Positions 50,863 to 61,757 of a stretch of DNA of 64,000 bases are shown here, piece after piece. The DNA lies in assembly GCA_963792585.1 (NCBI GenBank), contig CAWBWI010000001.1:1-64000 (forward strand), read 5' to 3'. Position numbers and translations under genes: made by a program. The first letter of the stretch is position 1. Each line of letters starts with the position of its first letter. This DNA comes from Candidatus Eiseniibacteriota bacterium (GTDB lineage: Bacteria > Eisenbacteria > RBG-16-71-46 > CAIMUX01 > VGJL01). The notes beneath the pieces are model-generated. The model was not told the DNA's origin, searched no databases, and was given only the letters and a program-made list of their open reading frames with translations.

Positions 50863-51170
50863 GTTCATTCGTCCAACGCACAGGAAGAGCGGCAACCAAG
50901 CATTGGAGCTTGCAGGGGATCCTCCTGCGGGCTCGGTGCTCTTCCTTCGCACCGGTTCCACTTTATGTAGGCAGCCCCGTCGGGCGCGGATCACCGTCTG
51001 CATCGACCACGCAATCGGCCACGCACTTCTACGGTCGCCTGCTCTCCGCCGCAAGCTTGTGGGCCGCTCGATGTTGGCCACGATCCCATCCCCACCGCGT
51101 CTCCCCGGGGGTGTATACTCGTTCCGGTCCTTCACCCGCTCGATCGATTGGCCTTTCCTGCGACCGGAGG

Positions 51171-52703
51171 ATGAAATTGAGCACGCCGCGTTTCGCGCTC
51201 CTGTTCCTGACCCTCTGCGTCCTCTTCCTGTCCACCTGCTCCGATGACAACCCGGGATCTCCTTCCGACGGTGTCATGAAAATCTACGGCACCGTCTCAA
51301 CTCCCGAGGGGCCGCTGGGGAATGCGACGACCAGTCTCGAGGGCTATGAGAACAGTCTCCTGGTGTCGATCCAGACGAACGAGGCGGGCGAGTATGCCAT
51401 GACCGTGCCAGAGGGGCGCTACCGCCTGATCCTGAGGCCGCCCGGGAGCCGGCCCATGTTCTATGCCCGGGGCGGGCCCACCTACAGGGGTGATGATGCG
51501 GAGGAGATCGTCGTCTCCGACAGCCGGCCCGACCTTCGGGCGGACTTCCGGCTGGGGCGGGTCGAGCTGACCCTTCAGGTGCCGTCGGGCATGCAGAGCT
51601 TGGAATGGGGCTGCGGCATGACCGATGCAACAACCGGTTACACGGTGGACAACGGCTTGAGGACCTGGCGCGATGGGTCTATCGAGTTCGTCTTCTCCGC
51701 CGTCGTCCCGGGACGGTACTGCTTCCGCGTAGGCTCCCTTGGGTCCCACTTCTGGTATCCCAACGCCATGAGCGTCGCCGATGCCCGAGCGATCGAGGTT
51801 GGCGCGTTGGAGAAGATCTCGCTGTCAGACTCGCTCGCCGCACCGGGGCATGTCACAGGGACACTCGTCGGAGCGTGGGCGCTCATCGCTGATCCACCTC
51901 CCGAGATCCAGCTCTACGGGCCCGACTCGACGGTGACGTCGCGAAGCTCCTGCGGGGAAGACGGTCGGTTCGACGTCCCCGTGATCGTCGACGGCGTCGT
52001 CCGGCTCAAGGTCGAGGCGGGAGACCAGGAGATCTGGCTGGGTGGCCGCGAACTCGGGGACGCGGATCCGCTGACGGTGACATCAGGCTCGATCGTCGAG
52101 GCGGGTGCGATCCAGACGCATGGACTCACCTGCAGGATGATCGGTGCGCCGGGCTGGGAGCGCGACGAATGGAAAGCGATCCTCACGAACGGTGAGCATG
52201 GTGTCACGATCATCGCCAGCAAGGGAGATGCGGAGGGGGAGTGGATCGTTCCGCTGAGCGGTCCAGCCACCGGCGGACTGCGGGTGCAGTGGCTCAACCC
52301 AAGCGAGTGGAGGCCTCAATGGTACGATCGCAAAGCGTCGCTGGTCGATGCCGACTTCCTGTACGTGAACGACGCCAGCGGCCCGACCTCGATCGACGTT
52401 CAGCTCGAGCGCGGGGGGACGATCTCGGGACGCGTGCGCCCGAGTGACGGCTCCCCGCTTCAGCGCTATCCCATCGTAGTTCGTCTCCCGGGCGGTCTAT
52501 ACGGGGGCTGGTTGACAGAGTCTGACGGGAGTTTCCGGATTGCGGGCCTGCCGGATGGCCCGATCCCGCTGGCGGTGCATCACCCAACCGGCCTGATCTG
52601 GTATCCCGGAACGCTGGACGAATCTCAGGCCGAACCGATCGAGATCGTCGACGCGGGCGACCGCACGGGCCTCGAGTTCGTCTTGGCTACGCCCGGGGAA
52701 TGA
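51171..52703 (+). CDS. lipoprotein with carboxypeptidase-regulatory-like beta-sandwich repeats
   Basis: GGAGG RBS, lipobox LSTC, repeated G.ISGRV / T..DG.F / WYP motifs. Confidence 0.7.
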   Translation: MKLSTPRFALLFLTLCVLFLSTCSDDNPGSPSDGVMKIYGTVSTPEGPLGNATTSLEGYENSLLVSIQTNEAGEYAMTVPEGRYRLILRPPGSRPMFYARGGPTYRGDDAEEIVVSDSRPDLRADFRLGRVELTLQVPSGMQSLEWGCGMTDATTGYTVDNGLRTWRDGSIEFVFSAVVPGRYCFRVGSLGSHFWYPNAMSVADARAIEVGALEKISLSDSLAAPGHVTGTLVGAWALIADPPPEIQLYGPDSTVTSRSSCGEDGRFDVPVIVDGVVRLKVEAGDQEIWLGGRELGDADPLTVTSGSIVEAGAIQTHGLTCRMIGAPGWERDEWKAILTNGEHGVTIIASKGDAEGEWIVPLSGPATGGLRVQWLNPSEWRPQWYDRKASLVDADFLYVNDASGPTSIDVQLERGGTISGRVRPSDGSPLQRYPIVVRLPGGLYGGWLTESDGSFRIAGLPDGPIPLAVHHPTGLIWYPGTLDESQAEPIEIVDAGDRTGLEFVLATPGE

Positions 52704-52802
52704 CGTCGCGATTTCGGTGGTGGTCCGGGGAGGGCGCCTCCACATCCCCACACGCCGGCAAGCGCGCATGTTCTTCCCTCGCGCGGGCAAGCCGAGCCGT
52801 TC

Positions 52803-54178
52803 TCAGCTCAGCAGCCCGTACTCGTGGAGCTTCCGGTAGAGATTGCGCTCGCTGATGCCGAGGGCGCGAGCCGCGTTGCCGCGGTGGCCGTCGCTCTCAC
52901 TCAGGGCGCGCTCGATGAGGGCGCGCTCCATCTCTTGGAGTGTGGGCATCCTCGCTTCGTCTGTTCGACTCGGGGGGATCGAGGGCGCGACGCGAAGCGA
53001 CGAGGGAAGGTGCTCCGGGCGGATCTCGGCGCCCTCGCAGACGACCATCGCCGCTTCGATGACGTGCAGGAGCTCCCGGACGTTGCCGGGCCAGTCGTGC
53101 GTGCGCAGGAGCTCCAGCGTCTCGGGCAGGCCGCCGTCCGGGACGACCCGTAGCGCTCGTTCAGAAGCGCGACGAAGTGCCGGCCAGCAGCTCGACGTCG
53201 TCCCGGCCGCTCGCGCAGCGGGCGGCAGCTCGACGGTGATCGTGCTGAGCCGGTAGAAGAGGTCCTCGCGGAACAGCCCCTGGCGCACCAGGGCCGCCAG
53301 GTCCCGGTTCGTGGCGGCGAGCACGCGCACGTCCACGCTGGATCTCCGTCGTCCCCCCGACGTGGCGGAAGGTCGACGTGTCGAGGACGCGGAGCAGCTT
53401 GACCTGCGTGGCCTGGCTCACCTCCCCGATCTCGTCGAGGAAGATCGTGCCGCCGTGGGCCACCTCGAAGAGGCCGGGCTTGGCCCGGTCGGCCCCGGTG
53501 AACGCGCCGCGCTCGTGGCCGAACAGCTCGCTCTGGAGCAGCTCCTCCTGTAGGGCCGCGCACTCGACGACGACGAACGGCCGGCTCCGCCGGGGGCTGC
53601 GGGCGTGGAGGAGCTTCGCGACCATCTCCTTGCCGGATGCCGGTCTCGCCGGTGACGAGCACGGTCGAATCGCTCGGCGCCACCCGCTCGATCAGGCTCA
53701 GGAGTCTGCTGGAACGCCGGGCTGTCGCCGACGAAGGAGCTCGCCGAGATCCGGCGGCGTCAGCCCACGCTCGAGCAGGCTCGCGCGCAGCTGCAGGGCC
53801 TGCCGCTCGAGCGCCCTCTGGATGCGGATCTCGAGCTCGTCGAGCGGGCACGGCTTGACGACGTAGTCGAAGGCCCCGATCCGGATCGACTCGATGGCCG
53901 TGTCGATCGAGCCGTGCCCGGTCAGCATGATCACCTCGCTCGCGGGGCTCTTCTCGCGGATGGCCTTCAGCACCTCGAGGCCGTCCATGTCGGGCAGCCT
54001 GCAGGTCGAGCAGGACCACGTCCGGCTCGAGCTTCGCCGCGCTCTGGTCACGGCCTCGCTCGCCGAGTCCCGACGGTGGCGACCTCGAAGCCCGAGCCGC
54101 TCGAGCTCCGCCGGCCATCACCCGGCGGAAGGTCGGGTCGTCGTCGACGAGCAGGAGGGAAACGGCGTTCGGCTTCAT
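52803..54178 (-). CDS. sigma54-dependent response regulator (heavily frameshifted)
   Basis: Pieces: [62 protein letters not shown]. Confidence 0.85.
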
Positions 54179-56091
54179 GGATGCTCCGGGCGTGGCGCGT
54201 CCCGCGTACGGCGGGCAGGGAGACCTCGAACGTGGACCCCGCCCCGGGCGCGCTCCGAACCTCGATATCGCCGCCCCAGTCGGCGGACGAAGTCGAGCGA
54301 CAGGAAGAGACCGAGCCCCGTCCCCCCTCGCCGGAGGCTGAAGAACGGCTCGAAGATCCTCTTCTGGTCCTCCGGCGCGATCCCGCACCCGTCGTCCGCG
54401 ACTCGGATGCGGATCGGGATCGCCGGGCTCGACCGAGAGCCGCGAGTCCGCCCTTCGGCGGCGACGCCTGGACGGCGTTCAGAAGCAGGTTGAGCAGCAC
54501 CTGCTGGAGTTCCGCCTCGTTGACGCGCACGTGCAGTGCCCGGCGGGAGCGGCTCGACGCGATCTCCACCGCGTGGGCGCGGGCGGTGGGCTCGATCAGG
54601 GGGACGACCGCCTCCACGGTCGGCGCCCAGATCGACGAGGTCGCCCGGCGATTCCTGGCCCCTGCGAGAGACGCAGGAAGTGCTGGGTGATGCCCCGGCA
54701 GCGCAGGAGCTGCTCGCGGGCGATCCGGGCGCTCTCCTCGATCCGCGCCACGGTCCGCCGTCGGATCGCCCGCTTGCCGCGGCGCGCAGTGCGCAGGATC
54801 CCTTCCACGCACGTCAGGATCGTCGCCAGCGGGGTGTTCAGCTCGTGCGAGAAGCCCGAGGCGAGCAGACCGAGCGAGGCGAGGCGGTGGGACTCGGCCA
54901 GCTGGGCCTCGGCCGCCCGCCGCTTCGGAGATGTCGCGCCACACCTCCACGACCTGGACGATCGTGCCCGACGGTCCCAGGATCGGGGAGGTGTGGACCT
55001 CTTCCCAGTGGTCTCGCCCGTGCCTGTCCTGCGCTCGCAGATGCGCACCTGGCGCTCGCCCGGTGCCAAGGCAGGCCAGGGTGGGGCAGTCGGCCGGTAC
55101 CGCAGATCCCGGCGCCGGCGTCGCGGCAGGAGGTCGCCGAGCACGTCCTCCCGGTCGCGTCCGGTGCGTCGCAGGAAGGCGTCGTTCGCGGCGATGACGT
55201 TGCGATCCGGCGTCCAGCACCACGATGCCGTCGTCGATGCTGTTGATGACGGTCTCGAGCCGCTCGCGCTGTGCGCGCACATCCCCGAGGAGGCCGTTCA
55301 TCGAGTCGGCCATGGCTGTTGAACTCACGGGCCAGCCAGGCGACGGTGTCGGAGCCGCTCGACGGGGACCCGCCGCTCGAGGTCGCCGGCGGCGATCAGG
55401 CGGGCGGTGGTCTCGAAGCGCTGCAGCCGGCGCATCACGAGAATGCGGACGAGCACGCCGATGGCGCCGACGAGGAGGAGCGCAGCTGGCGCCGGCCCGA
55501 CGGCCATCCAGCGGAGGTCGCGGTTCATCGTGGCGCGGATCTCGCCGGCGTCGATGTCGACGATCAGGACGCCGTTGATCTCGGTGCTTCGGATCGTGGC
55601 AGCGAAAGCAGGCCTCTCGGTTGCGGATCGGGATCGACGGTCCGGAGGATCGTGCCTCCGCGCGTCTCGATGACCCGGCTCGAGGTCCGCTGCTCGGGGG
55701 GAAACCGGTGGCAGGCCTGGCAGGTCGGCGAACCGAGCGTGAGGTCGGTGCCCGTCACCGAGCGGGAACGCTCGCGTAGCGCGCCTGCCCCTGTCGATCG
55801 AGCAGGATGACGGCGGCTCGACCCGCGGCTCGTTCCCGAAGCTGCTGGATCATCTTGCTCGATCAGGCTGCGGTCGTTCTCCATCATCTGGTGCTCGAGC
55901 GCGACCTTGATCAGCTCGCTCTGCGAAAGCGCCGTGGCGCGCGCGGTCTCAAGGAGCGTCTGGAAGTGGTGGCGCGAGTAGAGATACGTTCCCAGACGCG
56001 CAGGAAATGAACACCGCAAGCGCAGATGCCGAGCGCAAGCCCGGCCGTCATGCGGGTCATGCGCGGTCTCATGGACCCAGGGGCGTCCCAT
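54175..56091 (-). CDS. sensor histidine kinase with two CxxCH motifs, HAMP and PAS (heavily frameshifted)
   Basis: CQACH and CFRCH in the N-terminal extracytoplasmic part. INSIDDGIVVLD, FSHELNTPL, NLLLNA. Confidence 0.75.
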
Positions 56092-56130
56092 TCATGGTGG
56101 ATTGATCATACAGGTGGACTGATACGCACC

Positions 56131-56166
56131 TGACAGTTTGTCATTCGCGAATCTGCCATGTTGTCA
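56131..56166. promoter_or_regulatory. tandem putative enhancer-binding-protein sites
   Basis: TGACAGTTTGTCA (56131-56143) and TGCCATGTTGTCA (56154-56166). Confidence 0.5.
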
Positions 56167-56255
56167 CGCTTGTTCAACTTCTCAGCAAGCGGCGTCACTC
56201 CGGAGCGTCGTCGCAAGCTGCGTGTCTCTGCTTGCGATCACCGCCGCATCGCCGA

Positions 56256-56271
56256 TGGTCCGGGAATTGCT
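56256..56271 (+). promoter_or_regulatory. putative sigma54 (-24/-12) promoter
   Basis: TGGTCCG-GGAA-TTGCT with canonical GG/GC spacing, upstream of ATG 56309. Confidence 0.6.
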
Positions 56272-56308
56272 CTTGGATGCGGTGCGGGTCCAACGAGGGG
56301 GGTATCGC

Positions 56309-56631
56309 ATGTTGATGTTCCTGATGATCCTGTTCACCAGCTTGCCGGTGATGATCCTGAGCTGTCTCATGTTCAAGGGGCTTTCCCCGAAGCCGAAGGA
56401 GCAGGAAGCCCCGGAAATGCCCGCCGAGAGATGGAAGTCGCGGACGGGGCGCCGCGCTTCTTCGTGGAGAATGCTACGGGTCGACTCGCGCAGTCGCGCT
56501 TCCCGGTCGAGGTTCTGCTGAGTCAGATCGAGCGCCACGTGCGCTTGGAGCAGGCCGCAGCCGAATCGCACCTCGACGGCCCGACGCGGGAATCGCTCCA
56601 CTCACGCAGCGGCTCCCCGTTGCTGAACTAG
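56309..56631 (+). CDS. small single-TM hypothetical protein (frameshifted)
   Basis: Hydrophobic N-terminus. C-terminus PVEVLLSQIERHVRLEQAAAES in the second frame. Confidence 0.55.
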
Positions 56632-56642
56632 CGGGTCCGACA

Positions 56643-57117
56643 ATGCCAACCCTACGGACGGATCTGCTGAACGGACTATCGGAGCCGGAGGCCGCCCGGG
56701 TTGCGGCGCTCGGCGTGACGATCACCACGCCTGCCGGCCACGTGCTCTTCAACCTCGGAGAGCCGACGCGGAGAAGGTCTACCTCGTCATGAAGGGACGG
56801 ATCTCCCTGACCCTGCCGATGCAGATCCGGGCGAGCGGAGCAGGACGTTCTCGTGGAGGAACGCTTGGCTGGAGAAACACTGGGCTGGTCGGGTCTCATC
56901 CCCCCCCATCGATTCACCCTGAAGGCGAGCGCATCGGTGGAGAGTGAGCTGCTCGCGTTTCCGCGGCCGGCCCTTCTCGAGTACTTCGATGAGAATCCCG
57001 ACGGTCGGGTACACCGTGTCCCGCAACGTCGCGTCGGTGATCGGCCACCGGCTGGAGGTCTTCCAGACGATGTGGCTGCGCGAGATGCAGCGGGTGATCG
57101 AACTCCGCTATACCTGA
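56643..57117 (+). CDS. cyclic nucleotide-binding (Crp-like) domain protein (frameshifted)
   Basis: HVLFNLGE, GETLGWSGLIPPHRFTLKA. Confidence 0.65.
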
Positions 57118-57130
57118 TGGGGGGCTCGCG

Positions 57131-57680
57131 ATGAGGTGGGCGATCCCGGCCGTGCTCTTGCTTGCGGTGTGCGCACTGGCGCGCCAGGCGACGGCCGATA
57201 CGAGCCCCGCAGGCGGCGAAGGACGCGGAGGATCGCCCGAGAAGTCCCTCCTCCGCCCTTCTCCGACGGGATCTACCCGTGCTCGGGCTGTCACGCCGAC
57301 ATGAAGGTCAATCGGACGCGCCGGACCTTGACCGAGTTCCACGACGGACATCGTTCTCGAGCACGATGAGCAGCACCGCTGGTGTCTGGACTGCCACGAT
57401 CCCGTCAGACCGGGACTCTCTCCATCTTGCGAGCGGGGAGCGCGTCTCCGTTCGAGCGAGTCGTACCGGCTTTGCGGTCAGTGCCATGGAGAGAAGTTGC
57501 GGGACTGGAGGGCCGGGGTTCATGGTAGGCGCACCGGTGCCTGGAACGGCCACAAGCAGTACCTGCTCTGCGCCCATTGCCACAACCCCCACCAACCCCG
57601 TTTCCAGCCGCTCGTCCCGAACCGCCGCCGGATCCACCGCGACGGCCCGGGCCGGATCCAGCGACGGCCCGGAGAACTAG
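57131..57680 (+). CDS. multiheme cytochrome c (frameshifted)
   Basis: CSGCH, CLDCH, CGQCH and CAHCH across frames. Signal-like N-terminus. Confidence 0.75.
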
Positions 57681-57695
57681 AGGTGGAGTCACCCG

Positions 57696-58580
57696 ATGGA
57701 ACCCGACGAAGCCGGGCGTTCATGCGTCTCACGAAGGAAGTTCGTGTCGGTGGCCGCGGCAGCCGCGGCGGGCTGGCTCTTGACCTCGTGCGGGCCGCGG
57801 CGTCTCCGTGGAGTATGCCGCCCGATCGTCTGAAAGCGCGCTCTGGCTGATCTCGAGAGGAAGTACTCGAGGGACGTGTGGAACCGATGTGAGGTCAGCG
57901 GACGCCCCCGCGATTCCCGGGGTCCTCTTCGGCTACGCCCTCGACATCTCGCGGTGCGTCGGCTGCCGTCGGTGCGTGTACGCGTGCGTCGAGGAGAACA
58001 ACCTGTCGCGGGATCCCCAGATCCACTGGATCCGGTCCACTCGATGGAGAAGGGGAAGGGCGTCGACTTCACCCACGCGGACCCGTACTACAACCCGCCG
58101 GAGGTGCCCGAGGAAGGGCATTTCTACGTCCCCGTCGCGTGCCAGCAGTGCCGGAACGCGCCCTGCACGAAGGTCTGTCCGACAGGCGCGACCTGGACGG
58201 AGCCGGACGGAATCGTCGTCATCGATTACGACTGGTGTATCGGCTGCCGCTACTGCATGGCCGCCTGTCCGTACGGCGCGAGGCATTTCAACTGGTCCCA
58301 ACCTTCGATCCCCGATAAGGAGATCAATCCGAAGATGCACCATCTCGGCAACCGGCCCCGCCCTAAGGGCGTCGTCGAGAAGTGCACCTTCTGCATCCAG
58401 CGCACCCGGCAAGGACGATATCCCGCGTGCGTGGAGATCTGTCCGGTCGGTGCGCGGAAGTTCGGCAACCTCCTCGATCCGGACAGCGAGATCCGCTACA
58501 TCATCGAGCACAAACGGGTCTTCGTCCTCAAGGAGGACCTGAACACGGTGCCCAAGTTCTTCTACTTCTACGCCACGTGA
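57696..58580 (+). CDS. 4Fe-4S dicluster protein, NrfC/DsrO/QrcC-like (frameshifted)
   Basis: CVGCRRCVYAC, CQQCRNAPCTKVCP, CIGCRYCMAACPY, EKCTFC...PACVEICP. Confidence 0.9.
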
Positions 58581-58585
58581 GGTGC

Positions 58586-59904
58586 ATGTGAACGCCGTCC
58601 GGTCTTCCGCGATTCGTCACGGGGAGCATCCGCCTCGTTCTCACGCGGGAACGCCACCTACTGGTCCTGGATCGCCGTCCTCGTGGCCCTGATCGTCTCC
58701 GGCGTGCTCGCCTTCGCCCGGCAGGTGGGATCCGGCCTCGTCGTCACGGCCATGCGGGACCAGGTCAGCTGGGGCTTCTACATCGGCAACTTCACCTTCC
58801 TCGTGGGAGTCGCCGCGGCGGCGGTCGTGCTCGTCATCCCCGCATACGTCTATGACTGGAAGCCGATCCGGCAGATCGTCGTCTACGGGGAACTCCTCGC
58901 GGTGAGCGCCATCGTCATGTGTCTGCTCTTCGTGCTGGTCGACATCGGCCGGCCGGACCGCTTCTGGCATCTGCTGCCGCCGTGGGGCACGTCTGAACTT
59001 CCCGACCTCGCTCCTGGCGTGGGACGTCTGGTCCTGAACATCTACTTCGTCCTCAACTTCGCCGTCGTGACGCACATCCTCTATCGGGCGTTCACCGGAC
59101 CGGCCTACGCCAAGACGCCTCGTCGTCCCGCTCGTCCTCCTGTCGATTCCGATGGCGGTCGGGATCCACACGGTCACCGCCTTTCTCTACAACGGTCTCG
59201 CGGCGCGACCCTACTGGAACGCGTCGATTCTTGCGCCGCAGTTTCTCGCCTCCGCATTCTGCTCGGGTCCGGCGATCCTCCTCTTCATGCTGCAGCTTCT
59301 GCGGCAGTTCACGCGGTTCGAGATCAAGGACGAGGCGATCTGGAAGATCGCGGAGCTGATGGCGTACGCGATGTTCCTCAATCTCTTCCTGCACGGCGCG
59401 GAGGCGTTCAAGGAGTACTACTCCAACACCGAGCACCTGCTCTATACGCGGTACTGGTATCAGGGGCTCGGCGGCCACAAGACGCTCGTGCCGTACGCCT
59501 GGTCGGCGGTCAGCCTGAACTTGATCGCCTTCGTGCTGTTCATCGTACCGGCCACGAGACGAAACTGGGTGACGCTGAACCTCGGGTGCCTTGCGACCTA
59601 TGCGGGTGTGTACATCGAGAAGGGGATGGGGCTCATCATTCCAGGCCTGACCCCAGACGCGCTCGGTGAGATCTACGAGTACTACCCGACCCTCACCGAG
59701 TTGCGGGTGGCGGCGGGGATCTTCGCCTTAGGCTTCCTGGTCTTCACCTTGATGCTGAAGGTGGCCGTGCCCGTCGCGCTCGGGGAGTTCCGATATGACC
59801 GCAGCAACGCCGGAAGCGACCTGGAAAAGCTGGGCGCCGCCGGGATGACCGGAGCCGTCGCGCCGGCCCATCCCGCTAGCGGCCGGATCGCCTCCACCCG
59901 CTGA
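58586..59904 (+). CDS. NrfD/PsrC/DsrP-family membrane protein (frameshifted)
   Basis: VSWGFYIGNFTFLVGVAAAA, DIGRPDRFWH, GIHTVTAFLY, multi-TM. Confidence 0.9.
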
Positions 59905-61141
59905 CGAAGGCGCCGAGCATCTCGCCCGCGAGATGATTGCCGCGCACGTTCCAGTGGCCGTCGTCGGGGATGTAGAGGCTGCTATCCGGCCGGTTCTGCG
60001 CGCGCATTTCGCTCAAGGGATCGACCACGGGGATCCCCCGGGCATCCGCGAAGGCGCGAAGGCGGCGCTGCGGCGCGTCGAAGTCCAACCCGGCGGGAGA
60101 GAGCGAGAAGCGTTTCTCCACCGCCCGCTGAAGTTCCGGGTCGACCTGCACCTGGGCGGGGATCAGCAGGAGGATCCAGGGGACTCCCGCCTCGTCGCAG
60201 AGGCGGTCGAACTCCTCGAGACATCTTTCGGATTCCTGCCACATCCCCTCCGTCTTCGCGTCCGGAGTCGCCGCGAAGACCGGCATGTCCTTCAGGATCG
60301 CATGGAGATACCAATCGGAGGGAGCCGCATGCGCGGGGGCACCGGAAGCGTGGTCCGCCGGGAAGACTCCTGTCGCGGGGATTCCGCTCACGGCGCCGCC
60401 GGCCGTGCTGCCGGTGGGTGCGGGAGGCTGTGCCGGCGTTACGGGCGCGTCCCCGGCCGTCTTCTTCGCACCGTCCCGATCGTGCAGGTAGAGCCGCAGC
60501 AGAAACCCGCGGAATGGTGGAAGCAGGAGCCTCTCCGCGAGCAGGAAGACATCGGACTTCCGGAGGACGTTGAGCCAGCCGTACGGTGAGCTCGCCGGAT
60601 ACCACTGGCCGCCGAGAACCTTCCCCCGGAGACGGATCCCGGTCACATCGTTGCCGATGAAGAAGTTCAACACGACGAGATCGGGCGCGAGCGGCAGGGC
60701 GATGGAGCGAAGGACCCCCACCTCGTTCTCCGGCGAGTAGCCGCCGACGCCCATGAGGATCATCTCGACGGCGGTGGAGTCGGATGCGCGCCGAGCGATC
60801 TCCCCCTCGGCCACCCTCAGGAAGTGATCCGACAGGTGACGGATGTTAGCGTAGACGAAGGAGTCGCCGATGCCGACGATCCGATAGGTCCCGGGGGGCT
60901 TCGCCCGAGGGTGCTCGCGATCGCGGAAGCCGAGGCTGTTCGTGTAGTTGTCCGGATCCTTCAGGAAGACCGCGGGAGGATCGGGGCGAAGCCGGTATCC
61001 TGCGTGTTTGTCGCGGATATACGCCGCCCCGCGAGGGGAGGGCGCGACGGCGAAGTAGAGCCTCACGAGTCCTTCGGCCAGGATGAGGCCGACGATCGTG
61101 CCGAGCAGCAGGACCGCCGCCGATCGCATGAGACGACGCAT
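59876..61141 (-). CDS. membrane-anchored SGNH/GDSL hydrolase
   Basis: NSLGFRDRE, IGDSF, GVGGYS, GND, DGHWN. Confidence 0.85.
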   Translation of the reverse strand: MRRLMRSAAVLLLGTIVGLILAEGLVRLYFAVAPSPRGAAYIRDKHAGYRLRPDPPAVFLKDPDNYTNSLGFRDREHPRAKPPGTYRIVGIGDSFVYANIRHLSDHFLRVAEGEIARRASDSTAVEMILMGVGGYSPENEVGVLRSIALPLAPDLVVLNFFIGNDVTGIRLRGKVLGGQWYPASSPYGWLNVLRKSDVFLLAERLLLPPFRGFLLRLYLHDRDGAKKTAGDAPVTPAQPPAPTGSTAGGAVSGIPATGVFPADHASGAPAHAAPSDWYLHAILKDMPVFAATPDAKTEGMWQESERCLEEFDRLCDEAGVPWILLLIPAQVQVDPELQRAVEKRFSLSPAGLDFDAPQRRLRAFADARGIPVVDPLSEMRAQNRPDSSLYIPDDGHWNVRGNHLAGEMLGAFVSGWRRSGR

Positions 61142-61153
61142 GCGATCTCCCGC

Positions 61154-61312
61154 CTAGAAGAGGGCGTAGATGAACGGGGCCAGCGCGCTTCCCGCGGTGA
61201 TCACCAGCGCGATGCCCACGATGAGGAGGATGATGACCACCGGCGTGAGGAAGAGCTTGTTGCGCGACCTCAGGTGCGTCCAGAACTCACGGACTATGGA
61301 CAGGCGGCTCAT
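61154..61312 (-). CDS. DUF5989 / SxtK-like small membrane protein, 52 aa (not in ORF track)
   Basis: MSRLSIVREFWTHLRSRNKLFLTPVVIILLIVGIALVITAGSALAPFIYALF, with the characteristic APFIYxLF end. Confidence 0.85.
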   Translation of the reverse strand: MSRLSIVREFWTHLRSRNKLFLTPVVIILLIVGIALVITAGSALAPFIYALF

Positions 61313-61333
61313 GCGCGCATCCTCCGAAGATCC

Positions 61334-61741
61334 TCAGTACAGCTTCTCATATCGTTCGGGCCCGCCCGGCTGCTCGACCTTGTCGACCCAGTAACTCGGA
61401 CTCCGGCGTTTCCAGCTCAGGTCCAGCGGGTCCTTCCGGAAGAGCCGCGAGACGAGCCCGTAGGGCGTGATGAATCCGTAGTAGAGCGCGGTGAGCAACA
61501 CCCGCGTCATTACCCAGGAGATCGCGAGGGCGAGCTTCATCCAAAGCCTGAAGAACCGCACCCAGACGGACCGCAGGAGGAATGCGACGAGGACCGCGGT
61601 CACGCCCACGGCAACGAGCACGATCGCGCGCGTCGGATGATGCCTCCACCACGAGACGGCCGCGATCAAGGTCAGGAGGCACGCCAGGATCACCGCGAAA
61701 CGGCGGGCCTCGGCGCTTTCCGGTCGCTTTGCTTTCGCCAT
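61334..61741 (-). CDS. SxtJ-family membrane protein
   Basis: WMKLA..ISWVMTRVLL..LYYGFITPYGLV.RLF.KDPL...SYW. Confidence 0.85.
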   Translation of the reverse strand: MAKAKRPESAEARRFAVILACLLTLIAAVSWWRHHPTRAIVLVAVGVTAVLVAFLLRSVWVRFFRLWMKLALAISWVMTRVLLTALYYGFITPYGLVSRLFRKDPLDLSWKRRSPSYWVDKVEQPGGPERYEKLY

Positions 61742-61757
61742 CCCCGGCCTCCGTCCC

